Assembly (NCBI GenBank): GCA_000934665.2
Contig: JYFJ02001226.1
Location: 1-64,000 of the forward strand
Length of the DNA stretch: 64,000 nucleotides
Source of the DNA: Catajapyx aquilonaris
Lineage: Eukaryota
Direction of reading: 5' to 3'
Below, in pieces: positions 50,801-64,000 of the stretch. Every line of letters begins with the position of its first letter. Position 1 is the stretch's first letter. The notes below the pieces were generated by a model. That model had not been told where the DNA came from and ran no database searches. It worked only from the letters and a program-made list of their open reading frames with translations. A program made the translations under genes and the position numbers.

Positions 50801-53800
50801 ACTTATTGGATACCCAATTATATTGGTTCTAAGAACTGAGACTGATAGTAAATAATTGGGGCATTTTGTTGTCATAAGTGCTCAACATTATTCGCATAAT
50901 GTGGTGCTTCTGAGGGAAAACATGGGAGCATAATTCATAATTAAAATGTTAAGATGAAACTTGCCAATTACTCCATATAAGTTATACTCTTTTGCAATCG
51001 CGCGTAATGATTGAAGTTGGACAAATTCTTGTAGGCATTGCGACGTCAAGGAGTTTACATTCATTTGAATTGATTAGAGTAATAGTAATCACCTGACGCG
51101 TTTCGATTACTTCACGCTCGTCCGAATGGAAATATTGCAGGGAAGTCACGACTAAATTAGCATACGAGTAGTTTGGACAATTATTGCTTCCTAATCATGC
51201 AACCAATTTATGTCACGAGCGTACTCAGAATATGCGCTTCAACAACATGTAATCTCGATGGCAGAAACTTTCCTAATGACGTTCGATGTGCTCTCATTAA
51301 TTGGACACATACCTGGACTATTCTGGATATTTGCGCCGTACAATAATTATTATTAGCACGCAAGCAAACCGCATAGCAGTGCGCATTACCTCTCAGAGAA
51401 GTGGAGAAACAAAAATAATTATTCCCGCCCAAAATAATATCAGAGTTGCTAACTACCCGCATAATCCGGGTAATTACACTTATAAATACCTGGCCCAAAT
51501 CCAGTGCAGATTTTAAGAGTGTACTTGCGAGTGGATGAGGGGAGGGGGGAAGGTGGGTAATGGCAATTAGCGGTAACTAGACTCGAGAGAGACCCGAGGT
51601 AAAGACCACAGTCTGCGATTAGTGTAATGAACTCATCCTTGAGCTGTGGAGTGGTTGCCTCTGCTATAGACTCTACTTCTCGAGGGAATGAATAAACTAT
51701 TACCGGCAATTATTTAAAATCTATGCGACAGTACTGGCACAGGATGTCTCATAACAATAGGCCCCGTTAGAACAACAGCTGCTGCATGATGAATTATTGT
51801 TGGGGCACAAGAAATGATCGAGTGTCTCTTGGTGCAGCTGGTCTACACTCAGATTAATCCCTTGTTTTAGTGGGTCACGTAAGACAGATAAAACAAACAA
51901 GAGAAAAGGAATGATGCGGGTTCGTGCGGTCACGCGCGGGATCGCAAACTTCTTCTTTCTTCTGAGGCCACTTCTTGCCAGAGTGGGACAAACCGCTTGC
52001 AACTTTCATTCTTCAGAGAGTTATAAAAAGAAAAAAGGACCGCGACGGTTTTATGATGGCAATAAATGACAGGTTCAGCCGGAGATGGATTGTCAAGAGA
52101 TGTAAGGCCACTCACATACACTCAGTACAAACATTTTCTGCAACAGGAATGTGGCCTGCCCAGTGGAAAAATTGGGCTTGCAGCAAAGTTAATTAGGTAT
52201 TAGGTTTATAAGTCATGGCTGGAATTTAAAATTTTGGATATGTCGCTTCTCCTTGCCGAATCATTTGCCCTCATTTTTGCACCTATAGTTATAAAAATGA
52301 GTAGCGTAGGCCAAGTAACCTGAACACAAAAGACTAGGAAAATGGAAAGAAAACAATAAACATCTGCACCACCAAAAGTCATTCCTAACTTTTTAAATCC
52401 AGGCAGAAAAAATGTTGTAATTGAGTTTAGAAAGTTTGAGCAGGTGTTGGTCCTGGGAATAAAGAGTCAGGCACTTGGCTTCACGCTCAGATTATCTTAA
52501 AAAAAACCTTATTTGCTCCCCATAAAAATGGAGAAAAATGGCCATACTTGTAACCTTCTATTTGGATGCATTTTCTTGCCTCTTTTTATTGCCGTGCATT
52601 CAAAGCATAATTTTTTCAAAGTTTCGGACAAACGAACCTGGTATAGACGTGACCTGCAGGCTCCCAGACACATCCAATAGACATGAGTTTTTGGCCAATT
52701 ATCCTCCTCCCAGGAGTCTGAGGCGCAAATCCGTTTTGCAACAGTGCGGCACATCCTTTGCCTTGATCTGATGGGGTTTATTCAATTAGAGATGAAAGCT
52801 ACTCCTTGTGGCTCGTTCCCACCCTTACAAACTATCCTCCCTCGCATAATAAACTTGCAATTTGCGGGTAAGGACCTTAATCCCATCACTCGACCATCGC
52901 CAAAAACGGATTTCGCAAAGGGTTGTTTTATCGGATAGTTCGGACACCCTCTTCAGGACAACAGGAATAATCTGCTGCAGAAAAATTTCAGTAATAACAG
53001 TGATTAATGTGGTTATACACTCGTATGTGTGTAGTGTGTGTGTGTACAGAGTGTTTACGAACAAGGATTGTTGCATAGGAGCCCCGACGGCGACTCATAA
53101 CAAACGCTTTGAAGGCATAGGAGGTACCCTATGTGCTTTATTGCTGGTGTAAACAGCAGCCCTCGTGATGATGATGTGCTGCTCACACTTCCATATATTT
53201 CAACACTTTTAATGAGGCGTAACGAGCTTTAGGGCATCAACTCTGAGCGTTGCACAAACGCCTGCTCGCTAGTCGGTGCTTTCAATAATGATCAGAGTTG
53301 GCCGACGCCATTTGATCACCAAAAAGAGGGCTTGAAGAGACACAAGCCCACAAAGGGTTTCTACAACTTCAGAATAATGGCGCATACGAGATTCGGCATA
53401 CGATATTGTATATTGTGGACTCCGAATAAAGTGCTGCATGCATTAGGCTAATTGGAGCTAGGTGATATAGATGCATGGCTGACAAAAGCCGTCAAGTATA
53501 TACAACGTATAGTAATTGGCATTTTAGCAAAATTGAGTTACCAACTGTAATTACGTCCAAAAAGGCACGTCACACCTATAGTGTTCAATTAATATCACAG
53601 CCCTAATTAATACAACATCAATTTACACCTTGTAGTGGAGAGTTATGATTGACGAGTCTTATTACACCTCCTGTAGAAACTGTAGCATGTTATGTGAAGT
53701 AAGCAATGATAGTTGGGCAAATAATATACAGTACTTGTTGGAAGGCATGAACTGGCCGGATAGGCAGACATTGCAAAGGACGAAGGGTATATGGATGGGG

Positions 53801-54149
53801 CCAGTGTTTGGTCAGGATGGAAATGAACTGCTGGATACACACACATTATAAGCGGGGGACTAGGAACACGGGAAATGATATTCGATTTGCCCATCTCTCC
53901 GAATCCGGGCGAATGAATAAACCGGGAGTAAATCGAGCGTGGTACGTATTCATACAGTGCAGGGGAATACCAATTGTTTTCGGACACATGGATTTGCTGC
54001 CTCCAACATGATTGTGACCACTATACTCATTTCGATTTCAGGTGTTGCCATGGACGACCTGACTGATGATGGGGCCATGAGCATGCAGCTGTGTCCGGCG
54101 GCCCCAGGGGCGGCCCGCAGGCTCGGCCCCTAGTCGCAGGGGAGGTGCC

Positions 54150-57100
54150 ATGCTGACCTCCACGTCTCTCTCCCTCCTCCTCCTCCTCTTGTTCCTCCTG
54201 GTCTGTAACAGTCAGGTGACCCCCAAAACCACCACCACAAGCGCAACCACAACAGTGCAACAACCCAACAATCATTACGCAGGTATGCAAGTGTCCTTTG
54301 AAAATTGAATTGCCCGGACGATTCGCATCAAAATTATTCTCCGCTGCGAATGCAAAAAAGAGTCATATCCCCTTGAGGTCCACGGGACTTGTTCTCATTC
54401 TCCTCCAAGTCTATTGACACAGATGGCGCTTCCATAATAAAAGTACAGTTTCCTGCGGTTCGGAGGAGAACAAATTTTATCCCCCCCTCCTCCGGGTGTA
54501 TGCTAATCCGGAAAACTTTCCTCTTACGAGTTAGTCCCCCCACCCCCTCCCGAATTTGCTGGATGGATGGGTCGAGTGGATGTAGCCCTACTGGGTGTTT
54601 CATAACTATTCGGACGTAAGTTATATATGATCCCAGTATTTACTACAGCATCAGGGAGCTACATAAGAGGCGCAAACTTCTGTCGGCGCCTTTGATGTCC
54701 GCGTCTCTCTGTTTGCGGCGTTGCCAAGGCTGGCGGCCATTTTGAAGTGTGGGGAACGCCAACGAGGTATGAATAGGGTAGCCTACAGGCAAAAATTGGG
54801 TCCGCCATCTTTGATGATTGTGGCGGCCATGGCAACTACATGGCAAGAACACGCGCGAATCAAAGATGGCGGACCCTATTTTTGCCTGTACCCTATTTAC
54901 ACCTCGTTGGCGTTCCACACACTCCAAAATGGCCGCCAGCCTTGACAACGCCCCAAACAGAGAGACGCAAAAATCGAATGTTTGCGCCTCTTGTATGCTC
55001 CCTGACAGCATCTTGTTATATTTATTAGATTTTATTTATGATATTGCCACAAGATATTATAATTTGTTATGGCGAGTATTTGTTTTTAATTATGGTAATC
55101 TAAGTCTAGAAACTCATTGAGGAGAGAGAAGGTGTTTTTTCTCTTCTGGCTTCACCCGAAATGAAGCCAGAAGAAACAAAAGGAGGTTTTGCTTCTCCAT
55201 CAGGCTTGGTAAACCCGGTACTATTTTGCATGGTGCCAGGCGGGAACATGCATCCGGCCTTTCTCCTTCATACTAATTGCGCTGCTAATTAATTAGTCGA
55301 GTCTGACGACATGCTCTGTTTCTGAACGACGGGACACATTCCTTGGTCCATTAATTACAGAGGTTTCCCAGGACATTTCCTTTTCAACTTAATCACATCT
55401 TGACCATCTCATCCTTCCTAACCGCCGCTTATGCCCGGTTGCACAAACCCTGTTAACCGTCACTCCGTCAGTTAAGCGCAAATTGCCTACTTAGCCGTCC
55501 TGTATAATCGCTTGATTGCGAATAATAATCAGCCCAAATCTGATGTCCTTTAAGGCAAACCAGCTGGTTACTGCAGTCGCTGCAATTCCAATATTTTGCG
55601 GTGAAGTGGCCTATTATAGTTTCCTGCACACTAAGTTAAAATGTACCCCATTGTGCATGAGCGCAATTTGCATTTACAAGCGCTTAATTACATGTAGCTG
55701 CAATTGCATGTTAGTCAGGGACAAATAATGTTGACTAAATGTCCGGCATTGTTAGATTACACTGTTTACAGCGCGGTTTAGCAGACTAATCGTCTGCCAA
55801 TATTTTTCGCATTTCGATTGAATGACATTATTTGCAATTGGATGTCGCCTCCTGCGCATTGCGATGTCCTCCCTAGCAACATATTTGACAATTTCTCATT
55901 TCAGTCAGCAGCAGCGCGTGGGAGGTTCCGTCTGTCAGCATCACTTCGGCACTTCCGATGTCCAGGACGCCTTCAGAGGCCGCCCAGGGGCCGCCCCAGC
56001 ACCACCACCAGGACCCACGGTGGGGACCTTACTTCGAGGACGGCTCATCCTCGACCAACATCACAGTTCGAGTGGGTGCAACGGTCCTGCTCGACTGTCG
56101 AATCGGGATGCTGCACGACAAGACGGTGAGGCGATGGAAGTGTCGTAGGCTGTACTCTCAGACGGTCTTTATCGAAGTTTCAACGAGTTTGAGTCATTAC
56201 GAAGCACCCTGTACACTGTACTGTACGTGACCCTCGAGGCTTCTCATCCGTCTCATCCCGGCTCATATAATTTGGCCCCGTCGCGTCGCTAGACACCCAC
56301 CAAGTAATAAGACCGCATATTTTTTTGTTTGTTAATTTTTTGGGGAATCTTCACCAACTCCTGCCTCGGCAAGTTATCATTTAATTAGAGCCTCTCATGT
56401 CAGTCCCACTCCCGAAGTTCCAGCAATAAACTCAATCTCGCCATTCTGCAGATCCAACTCTTCATCCATGTATGCAGAGGGATATAGTTCTGTGTAAGGT
56501 GTCTGCAGCGTGTACATGCTAATTTGACTCAATGATGGGGGTCATCTTCCGGCCAATTCCGACGCCGTAATTTGCATATTTTGACTGCCTTTGGCCCCGC
56601 CCGATTCTCGTCGCCTATTTCCGACACCTAACGAGCCTATTTGGTTGTCAGGCAGGGATTTGGCGACCGTTAACCTCCCCTGCCAAGAGGACTAATGGGG
56701 CCCATCCTGGCACCAGGCGCCGCCATCATCATCCGTCCATGCCCAAAATCCTGTCCTCATCCGGTCAGGACCTCGCCGCCTCATTTGGTTCAATATCTCG
56801 GATCAACAACGATCAATCATAGTCGCCGGGGATCGACTTCCGACGCTGACCTCCGGACGAGACCTTTTCTGGTCTAAAAACGACCATGCAAACAGAGCCA
56901 ATCCTATTCTGTCCCAAGCCTGAACTGATCAAATTTGGTTCCAATAGAAAATTGCACTGTGACGTTAAGAAAGTATTTTACTTAACAGGTGTCCTGGCTC
57001 CGTCGTCGGACTGAGGACGGTGCCCTCGACCTCTTGACCGTGGGACGACAGACCTACAGCAGCGACCAGAGAGTGTCCCTCTCCTTCAGGTACCCAGGGA

Positions 57101-59386
57101 ACTGGCGTCTCTCCATCAGGTTCGCCAACAGGAGGGACGAGGGACACTACCTCTGCCAGATCTCCACCCACCCACCCACAGCACATATCGTCCACCTCAG
57201 GGTCACGGGTCAGTATGCCCCGTGCAATTTTCGTGGCTCTAATAATTATGAAACTTGTGTGTCCAGCTCCATCTGTTCTTGTGGTGGACGAGCAGGGTCA
57301 GGTGGTGTCGGAGAGATACTACAAGGCTGGGTCAAGGGTCGAGCTGACCTGCCAGGCCTCGGAGCCATCTCCAGACGCCTCTCCCACCTGGCACCTGCAG
57401 GACCACGCCATCACTCCAAACAACTACTGGAGGGAAGGGGCCAGGTGAGGGAATGCTAGCTAGGCACTATCGGAGACATGAATTTATACACCATCGAATT
57501 GAACCAATGGCTCCCCACGGAATCTGATAAAAATCGCATTAAATAGCATGAAATTGCTTCAATTCATGTCAAACAGTTGGCCATTTTAAAGCGGGACTAA
57601 TATTTCTTCCCGTCACTTTCATCCCCTCCCCGCCAATTACCAGGCCTATCAAACGTGATCTGCACCGATAATAATCACTACAATTCACGGCTTTTCACGC
57701 CTCCACAGACATCATCGATCAGTCGTTAAATGAAAGAATTTTTTAGTCTATTTGCTCTATCAATGTATGTCAATAGTCTGTGAAGTTCACTGCACGTGAC
57801 CATCCATTAGCTTCACACTATTTGCGCCATCCAGTTTACTATGTGTGATTACGGCCAATGTTTTCATTGTACGAAGGGCCGAAACAGTTTTTTAAACAAT
57901 TTCATGGCAAGGAAATGCATTTCCGGATAGAGTTGGCCTTACTGGCGTGCGGGAGGCGGGAGGGTAGTAGTCGGTGGGGGCAACGGGCTGTGTCGCAAAG
58001 GCAAGGATAAAGTATATACGTGTATCCTCTGAGGATAGGTATGTATCCGCAAGGAAGGAAGGTTAGGCTTGGTTAGGTTAGGTTGGCACAAAATCCAAAA
58101 AAAAATCAATCCTTGCATCCTTGCCTTTGCGACACAGCCAAGCTGCCCCCAGACACCACTCACCATGCCGCTTCCCGCACGCCAGTAAGGCCAACTCTTT
58201 ACGAATTTCCTTCCGGCAAGCATAATCATGCAATAATTCGTAATGAGAGAAAAAGTCGAGCTGGCCCATCTTCCTCGCGTAACTTTTGGCAACTTTGGTG
58301 ATTAATGCGCAAGTGTGACTTTCCCTTCCGATATTGAGCAAGTTTCATCACTTGTCTGCCGACTCAAAGAATTTTAATCACACGGACCTAAGACGAATGC
58401 GAAAAGTTGCAATGAAGCTCACTTTGATTCTTGACGCACTTGTATTGTTGCAATTTGTAGTGTGGATGGCAACGAGACAATGGCCATCCTTCGTCTGGAC
58501 GAGGCCAGAAGAGAAGACTCGGCCAACTACACCTGTCTGCTGGGGACAATGGCTAAGGCAGGGGTCGCCCTGCACGTGCTCAACGGTACGTGAAGCATCT
58601 GTGATAGTCACCGATCACTAATCACTTGGTCATGTGACAGGTGAGCTCCCTGCGGCGGTGCATCACGAAGGTTCAACAAACCGGGCCTCCCCTGGATCGA
58701 GACCAAGCCTTCCGACGTCCATCGTGGCCGTGGCCGCAGTGGCAGCCCTGGCCGTGGTGGCCACCTCTTGTCCCTCTGATGATGGGGTCAGCCACCATCC
58801 CTTGGCTGACCAGCAGCCCCCTAGAGGAGGTCGCGTCCCCCTGCTGACCTCTCTTCCCATTCACCACCCCTCAGACGCACCAAACCAACACTGTTCAACA
58901 ATAAATAAGACTAGACTGGTTCACACGACTATTCATTTTTCTCCGTCTCTTGTATCTTCCCTTCTTTTGACCCGCATATTTGTCAGGCAATGCTGTGGCT
59001 GGGCGTTGCTCACCGCAACGACCACCACATCCTGCGTACATGTGATAACCAGTAGCGCAATTCTCCGGTGCCCTGAGGCAATTTTGCAAAACAACGTTGC
59101 CAGTCCAGCCTATAGTTCTTGCATCCGCACACCGACACGAAATATAGCCCCATCAATGAGCGAAGAGAAATGTGGAACTTTGTATATTATATTTTGCGAT
59201 ATGTTTCCTCCCTCCCTCCCTCCATGGCCTCCCCTTCATGACTGGTTAGAGAACCAATCCATCTCCTTAACCCGAAGCTTTGGAATGATGGGACCCAATT
59301 CGGCTAAAGCAGAGCATGGATATGAAGGGGGTGGAGGTGGAAGTGGGACAGGAGGGAAGGGGGGCCAAAACCCGCGAATTTTGTGA
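54150..59386 (+). CDS. dpr: Dpr (defective proboscis extension response)-like two-Ig cell-surface protein
   Basis: Exons 54150-54282 (signal peptide), 55905-56125 ([23 protein letters not shown]...DKT), 56989-57208 ([26 protein letters not shown]...[14 protein letters not shown]), 57267-57444 ([12 protein letters not shown]), 58461-58585 (DSANYTC..V.LHVLN), 58641- (GELPAAVHH + hydrophobic stretch); C-terminal end uncertain. Confidence 0.92.
54651..55005. mobile_element. Fully palindromic MITE rich in YY1-like motifs
   Basis: tcagggagc...aagaggcgcaaac mirrored by gtttgcgcctcttg...gctccctga. Confidence 0.85.
57930..58198. mobile_element. Intronic MITE with about 30-bp IRs and internal TTAGG units
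   Basis: gagttggccttactggcgtgcggga / tcccgcacgccagtaaggccaactc; ggttaggcttggttaggttaggtt at about 58060. Confidence 0.7.
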
Positions 59387-60824
59387 TCGATTGCAAACCC
59401 TACTCTGGCCCCGAAACGAAACCACTTCTTTGCGAAATTCTTTTTACAAGTGGACTCAACACGATCGTAAAAGCTTCGAGATGACACCAAATTCCTCTCA
59501 CTAACTTGAACGACAGGTGTGGTATTGCCAGACACATTCTGCATATTATGGTGCGTGAGAACGAAGACACTTTTCGACAGGCAGAGGTGCACAAATTGGG
59601 CGGTCAGGAGAGTGCGGGTGGTGGGTGGTGACGTTGGAGAAATTGTGGCAGTGGAAGTGCAGATGGCGAATTTCAAACGTGCAAAAAAATGGCAATTTCT
59701 ATGGAAATGAGTTGTCGCCCCCAGTTCTCGCCTCCATGAAAGGATAAGGAGGGGAAAATGCTTTCTCTCCCTTTCCCCTTTTCCCTAACAGTCTAACTGA
59801 AGGAATTCAGCATTTAGTACCCCCCATTGCAGCACCGGCCGTATATTGCATCCACTCGCATTTTATTTTATTTTAATTATACCGGAATTAAATTGAAAAC
59901 CGGAAACAACTACTGCAAAATATCAATTATATAAAAAATTATGTAACCCCACTAATCTAATTGCATATCGTGTTTTCCAACACTTCTCAACATGACTTGA
60001 GAACGCTTGAGAAATTCTCATTCTAGCCCGGTATGTTCGGTCCTTCTCCTTTACCAGCAGGACTCCAGCCAAGAATTTTCTCCTTCCTTATTCCCTCTCT
60101 GAATCCCACCGTCTCCTCCGAATAATTTCCATAATTCTTCAGGCAGTGTGGCAAAGCGTCATGTAGGACAGATTCGCAGGGAAGAGCCCCCGTCTGCATC
60201 ATGAATCTCATTTCCACCCTTTCAAACAAAGCGGACTCTTCTTTTCCAGTCTGAGATTTAGAAGTCGAATGATGGTAATTTCGCCTTTTGTTGCACTCAG
60301 AATCCCTTGTGAACTTCCCAGAAAATTCCTCAGCCTGCAGCCAATAATATGGTGAAATCCGTCCGGATAATTACATCAAGAGTTATGCCAAATAGGGTGT
60401 ATTCCATTAATGGACATGATTCGAATTTTTCATTGTCATTCATTCAGACGGATTTTTTTTTCCATAATTGAAAACATTCTTGAATGCGTTTCTAAAAGTC
60501 ATCAAAAGGAGCATGTTGTTTCAACATAGTTACTTTAACAATTAGCCAGTGATTTTTCAATTAGGCGGTTTTCAAATGGCTTGCTTATTATTGGGTAATG
60601 TTGGCGTTAATAATAGTGGTCAGATGTGGGGTTGGAAATTAATCGAAATTGATAAACCAGCCCTTAATTTCATCATACAATATTATTGTATCATATTTTA
60701 AATAATAATTCGCTCCTTACTGGGCAAGAAAAGGTCGGGTCCCATCAATGTTAAAAAGCAATTATTTAATATCAATTTCACTCTCATTTACTCTCAGGAC
60801 AGACATCTAGCCAAGGGGTTAACC

Positions 60825-60950
60825 ACTCAAATCCCGTCCGGGGTTTCCCCCTTCATCTTGTGCAGAGTTTGTTAGAGGTCGTCTCTGGCTTCGTCTTGGG
60901 TGGTATCTCCGTTAAGACAAACCACCCGGGGGAGTTGACAAAATGACTAC
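60825..60950 (+). mobile_element. Diverged fragment of SINE family A
   Basis: cccccttcatcttgtgcagag...ctctggcttcgtc-tgggtggtat...aaaccacccgggggagtt. Confidence 0.8.
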
Positions 60951-62069
60951 AGCACCGACATTGCCGGGGGAGAGGCCTCTTGGTCACAGGTGCAGCAGGA
61001 CTGTGGGTCACCTCACATTGCTTTGAAACACACACTATTGAGTTATGAAAAAAAAGCAGGGTGTGGGAGTGGACATGCAGGTGGATCCAGCACACGGAGC
61101 ATCTGCACATCAATGAATAAAGGGACACCATCACGGCCAGACGACAAAGTGATGCTGAGGCAGGCAGAACAGGTGCGACTCACACTTGGAACAACACGTT
61201 TCATGCATTCTTGTTGACATAACATTGCAGTGCGATTTATCATGGGAGAGGGCCGGAGGGGGAAGTGCTGCTTTCAACTTCCCATCAGCCAAACCCATCA
61301 CTGCTCGACTATATGGTTTTAGGGGCTGGCTTTGTGCGGATGACCGCTGCCCACCCAAACCACATCCCTCTCTGCTGCTGGCCCCCATGATGACATCACA
61401 CCGAGGAACTCCACATGCTGGACTCCTCCGTCTGATCAGACAATGATTGATGCAATCACCAGTCATGCTTCACGTTAAAAAAATGCAAGTTTAGCTCAAT
61501 TTAAGTTGAGCTCATTTTAAGCCAAAGTGCAATTTGGGCCACCCCTATAGATTCCGTCAATAGACTGACAATATGACTGGCTTTTTTCATCAGGCCTGCA
61601 GGAGACAGGCGGTAACAATACAGGCGAGGTTTTTTTTCACTTCCCAAGGCAGATTGGTGTTTGGCATTATGCAAAAATAGAAAGTGCGAACCATGATTTG
61701 TTGGGCTGGCCAGTGATGGCCGGAGGGGGACAGAGCAACGAGCCCTTTTTAATCGGAGCATTTACACTTGAAATGAGAGTCGGCCCCGTGCTGGCAAAAA
61801 ACACATTTACTCAATGTGCATCAGTTTCATTTTAAAGTTAGAGCGACCAGGGTATATGCGAGCTTATAGTTAAACGTTGATCGGGGAAAAAAGTATACTA
61901 GTATAGGATGGGGGATATGCATTTAGAGTGAGGCTAACTAATATAAAAGCGGGGACAGACAACAGGGCGCCTATTATTCCGATTCAACAATAGCTTTTAC
62001 ATTAAAATAATAATGACTATGTGTGTATTTGGCCATGTCTAATTACGAATGTGCATGTAATGTTCCATT

Positions 62070-64000
62070 AGAAACTCTCAATAACAGTATGGTATGCTTG
62101 ACTCATTACCCGACAGTTAAGAAATATTGTCGTATTCTCCACAATAATATTTGCGGGTGGGTAAAGAACATTTGGGAATAATTCGGAGCAATGTGTGACC
62201 TACAGTCTCAGTTCCTATGCTTTTTAAAAACACTTCCTGTCGGTGCTGTGAAAAGATGATAATTATCACGTAGCCTACACTTAGCACTGTAAGTCGAATT
62301 ATTGCGTCTATAGCTCTTTCGACTTATAAGAGCTCCAGTAGTGCCTGCATAATTTGCAACAAAATTCCCGGACTCCATCTACGTATATACAGTAAGGTAT
62401 ATCAATGTTGAATTCTCGCTTGCTATTATGTTATTTCCCTCTCACACTTCTATTGACAAAGATATCCCCCCCCCCCCCAATCTGCCTGGGGTGTCGGAAT
62501 AAAAGAGAGTCAGAAGTCTGGCACAACCTGGCATCAATCTTTTTGTAAAGTAGAAAAGGAGCTCGCCCGGAGCGAATTTATCCGGTGCAAACTGAGAGGT
62601 AAAAAGCACATCAGAATGCTTAGAATTTGATGTGAGAAGGTGGTGTGAATCTGAAATGTTAGGAGCGAGCGAAGATGTTATCCGACCAGCCACTTCTATA
62701 TAGGAAGGTAAAATGTGGATGTAAAGAGAGGCACAAATAGAAGCGGTCCAAGGCAAGTGGACACGTTATAGGATACCGTTGCATAATCCGACATAAGGAA
62801 ACTCATTACACCATTCCCATTATTTTATCATGCATTAGTGCTGAACAGGCTGACAATTATTGGTCTCTGGATTTGTCCTCTAAGTCCGCGCAACATGCCG
62901 GGTATACGTGTAGGATGCTCCAATGCGACATGGACACACGTAATTGGCTGCCAATCAAATCGGATGTGCAACGTTTTGCCCCCTTCATACAATTATGCAG
63001 ACTCGTCGATGCAATAGTCCGAGCTTGATTGGACCTATCTCATTCGGAGACTGGCTGCTGAAAAAGGCCCTTCTCTTTATAAGCCTATTGTGTGAACGGT
63101 AATTAGCGTCGCTGTAATCAGCTTTGTTCTTATAATAGCTAATATCCCATCAAATAAATTCGTCGAATTTTAAAGCTCCATCTTTGTATTGAACTGGTTG
63201 CAACTGATGAGCAATCCGACATGTTTCTATTACAATTATATAAAAAACCCGATCTCCCGAAGCGAAACTGATATCGTGCACTGCTGTAAATCAAGACACG
63301 GGGAAATTTTAATCCTGAGCTTGGTTTGCGCTTTGAACCGAAACGATCGTTGGGCCGACTCAATTAAGCCATGGGAAATGAATTAGGGCGGTTAACTGAT
63401 GGAGATGTGCGAGGAAAGGTTGGGCGATAAGCTGTGAAACACAATAATTATCTCCAGAAAACTAGATTTGCAATTTTGGCCCAAGTCCTACCTTTTCAGG
63501 TTGTTGTTACGCTTAGTTCTAAAGAGAAGGCCAAACCCAATATTTATAAATAATTATAACTAGGCACTAACTTGCCAAAATTTGGCAAAAAATTAGCCAA
63601 GAGAGGGAGGGGGGAGGGAGAGAGGGAGAGACGCTCAGCAGGCAGCAGCATGAAAGCGACATCCGACGGTGGAGTGCAGAAGTAAGCGAGTCGCCACGCA
63701 GGAGGTGGCGCCTGGAACGGAAGAATTTAGAATTCCGTGGAGCAGCCGTGGTCGGCCTTTTTTTAGCGTTTTTTGAGCTTCACAAAGTCCAAAAGAAACA
63801 AAAGTGGTTTGCAAATATAGAAAACCCAGGCAAAATTTAGACACCACTCCCAAATCTGTAGGCCGTACGGTGCGGGAGGAGTTTCCACGACAGTCGGCTA
63901 TTTATAATATATACAATAGATTATTTTCTCTGCTTCATCAAACGATCATCCTGCGAGTTGGATGGCCTGCAACGCAAGAGAGCCGTTTGGGTTGCGATGA
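62070..64000 (+). repeat. Copy 2 of the long direct duplication, running off the window end
   Basis: Collinear with 45370-47880, with copy-specific insertions. Confidence 0.9.

Overview
Eukaryotic genomic DNA, very likely arthropod (short 55-95 bp introns mixed with long TE-rich introns, TCAGT initiators, interstitial TTAGG repeats, tRNA-derived SINEs). I reconstructed five protein-coding genes by hand from splice sites and reading frames. (1) Homer, minus strand, CDS 29604->8783, with a canonical ATGGG|gt first exon, a second in-frame first exon and a possible extra exon. (2) A 90-aa acidic protein directly upstream of Homer. (3) An RGS9-anchor (R9AP/RGS9BP)-like tail-anchored protein, plus strand. 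(4) A convergent C1GALT1-like GT31 galactosyltransferase, minus strand. (5) A dpr-like two-Ig cell-surface gene, plus strand, whose 5' intronic DNA is duplicated about 16.5 kb downstream. The rest holds at least four tRNA-SINE families, many hAT, pogo-like, CACTG and palindromic MITEs, a Helentron-like element carrying telomeric repeats, and remnants of Academ and mariner transposases. No CRISPR array, rRNA, true tRNA or intact autonomous element was seen. All gene models come from sequence reading only and need RNA-seq and homology confirmation.
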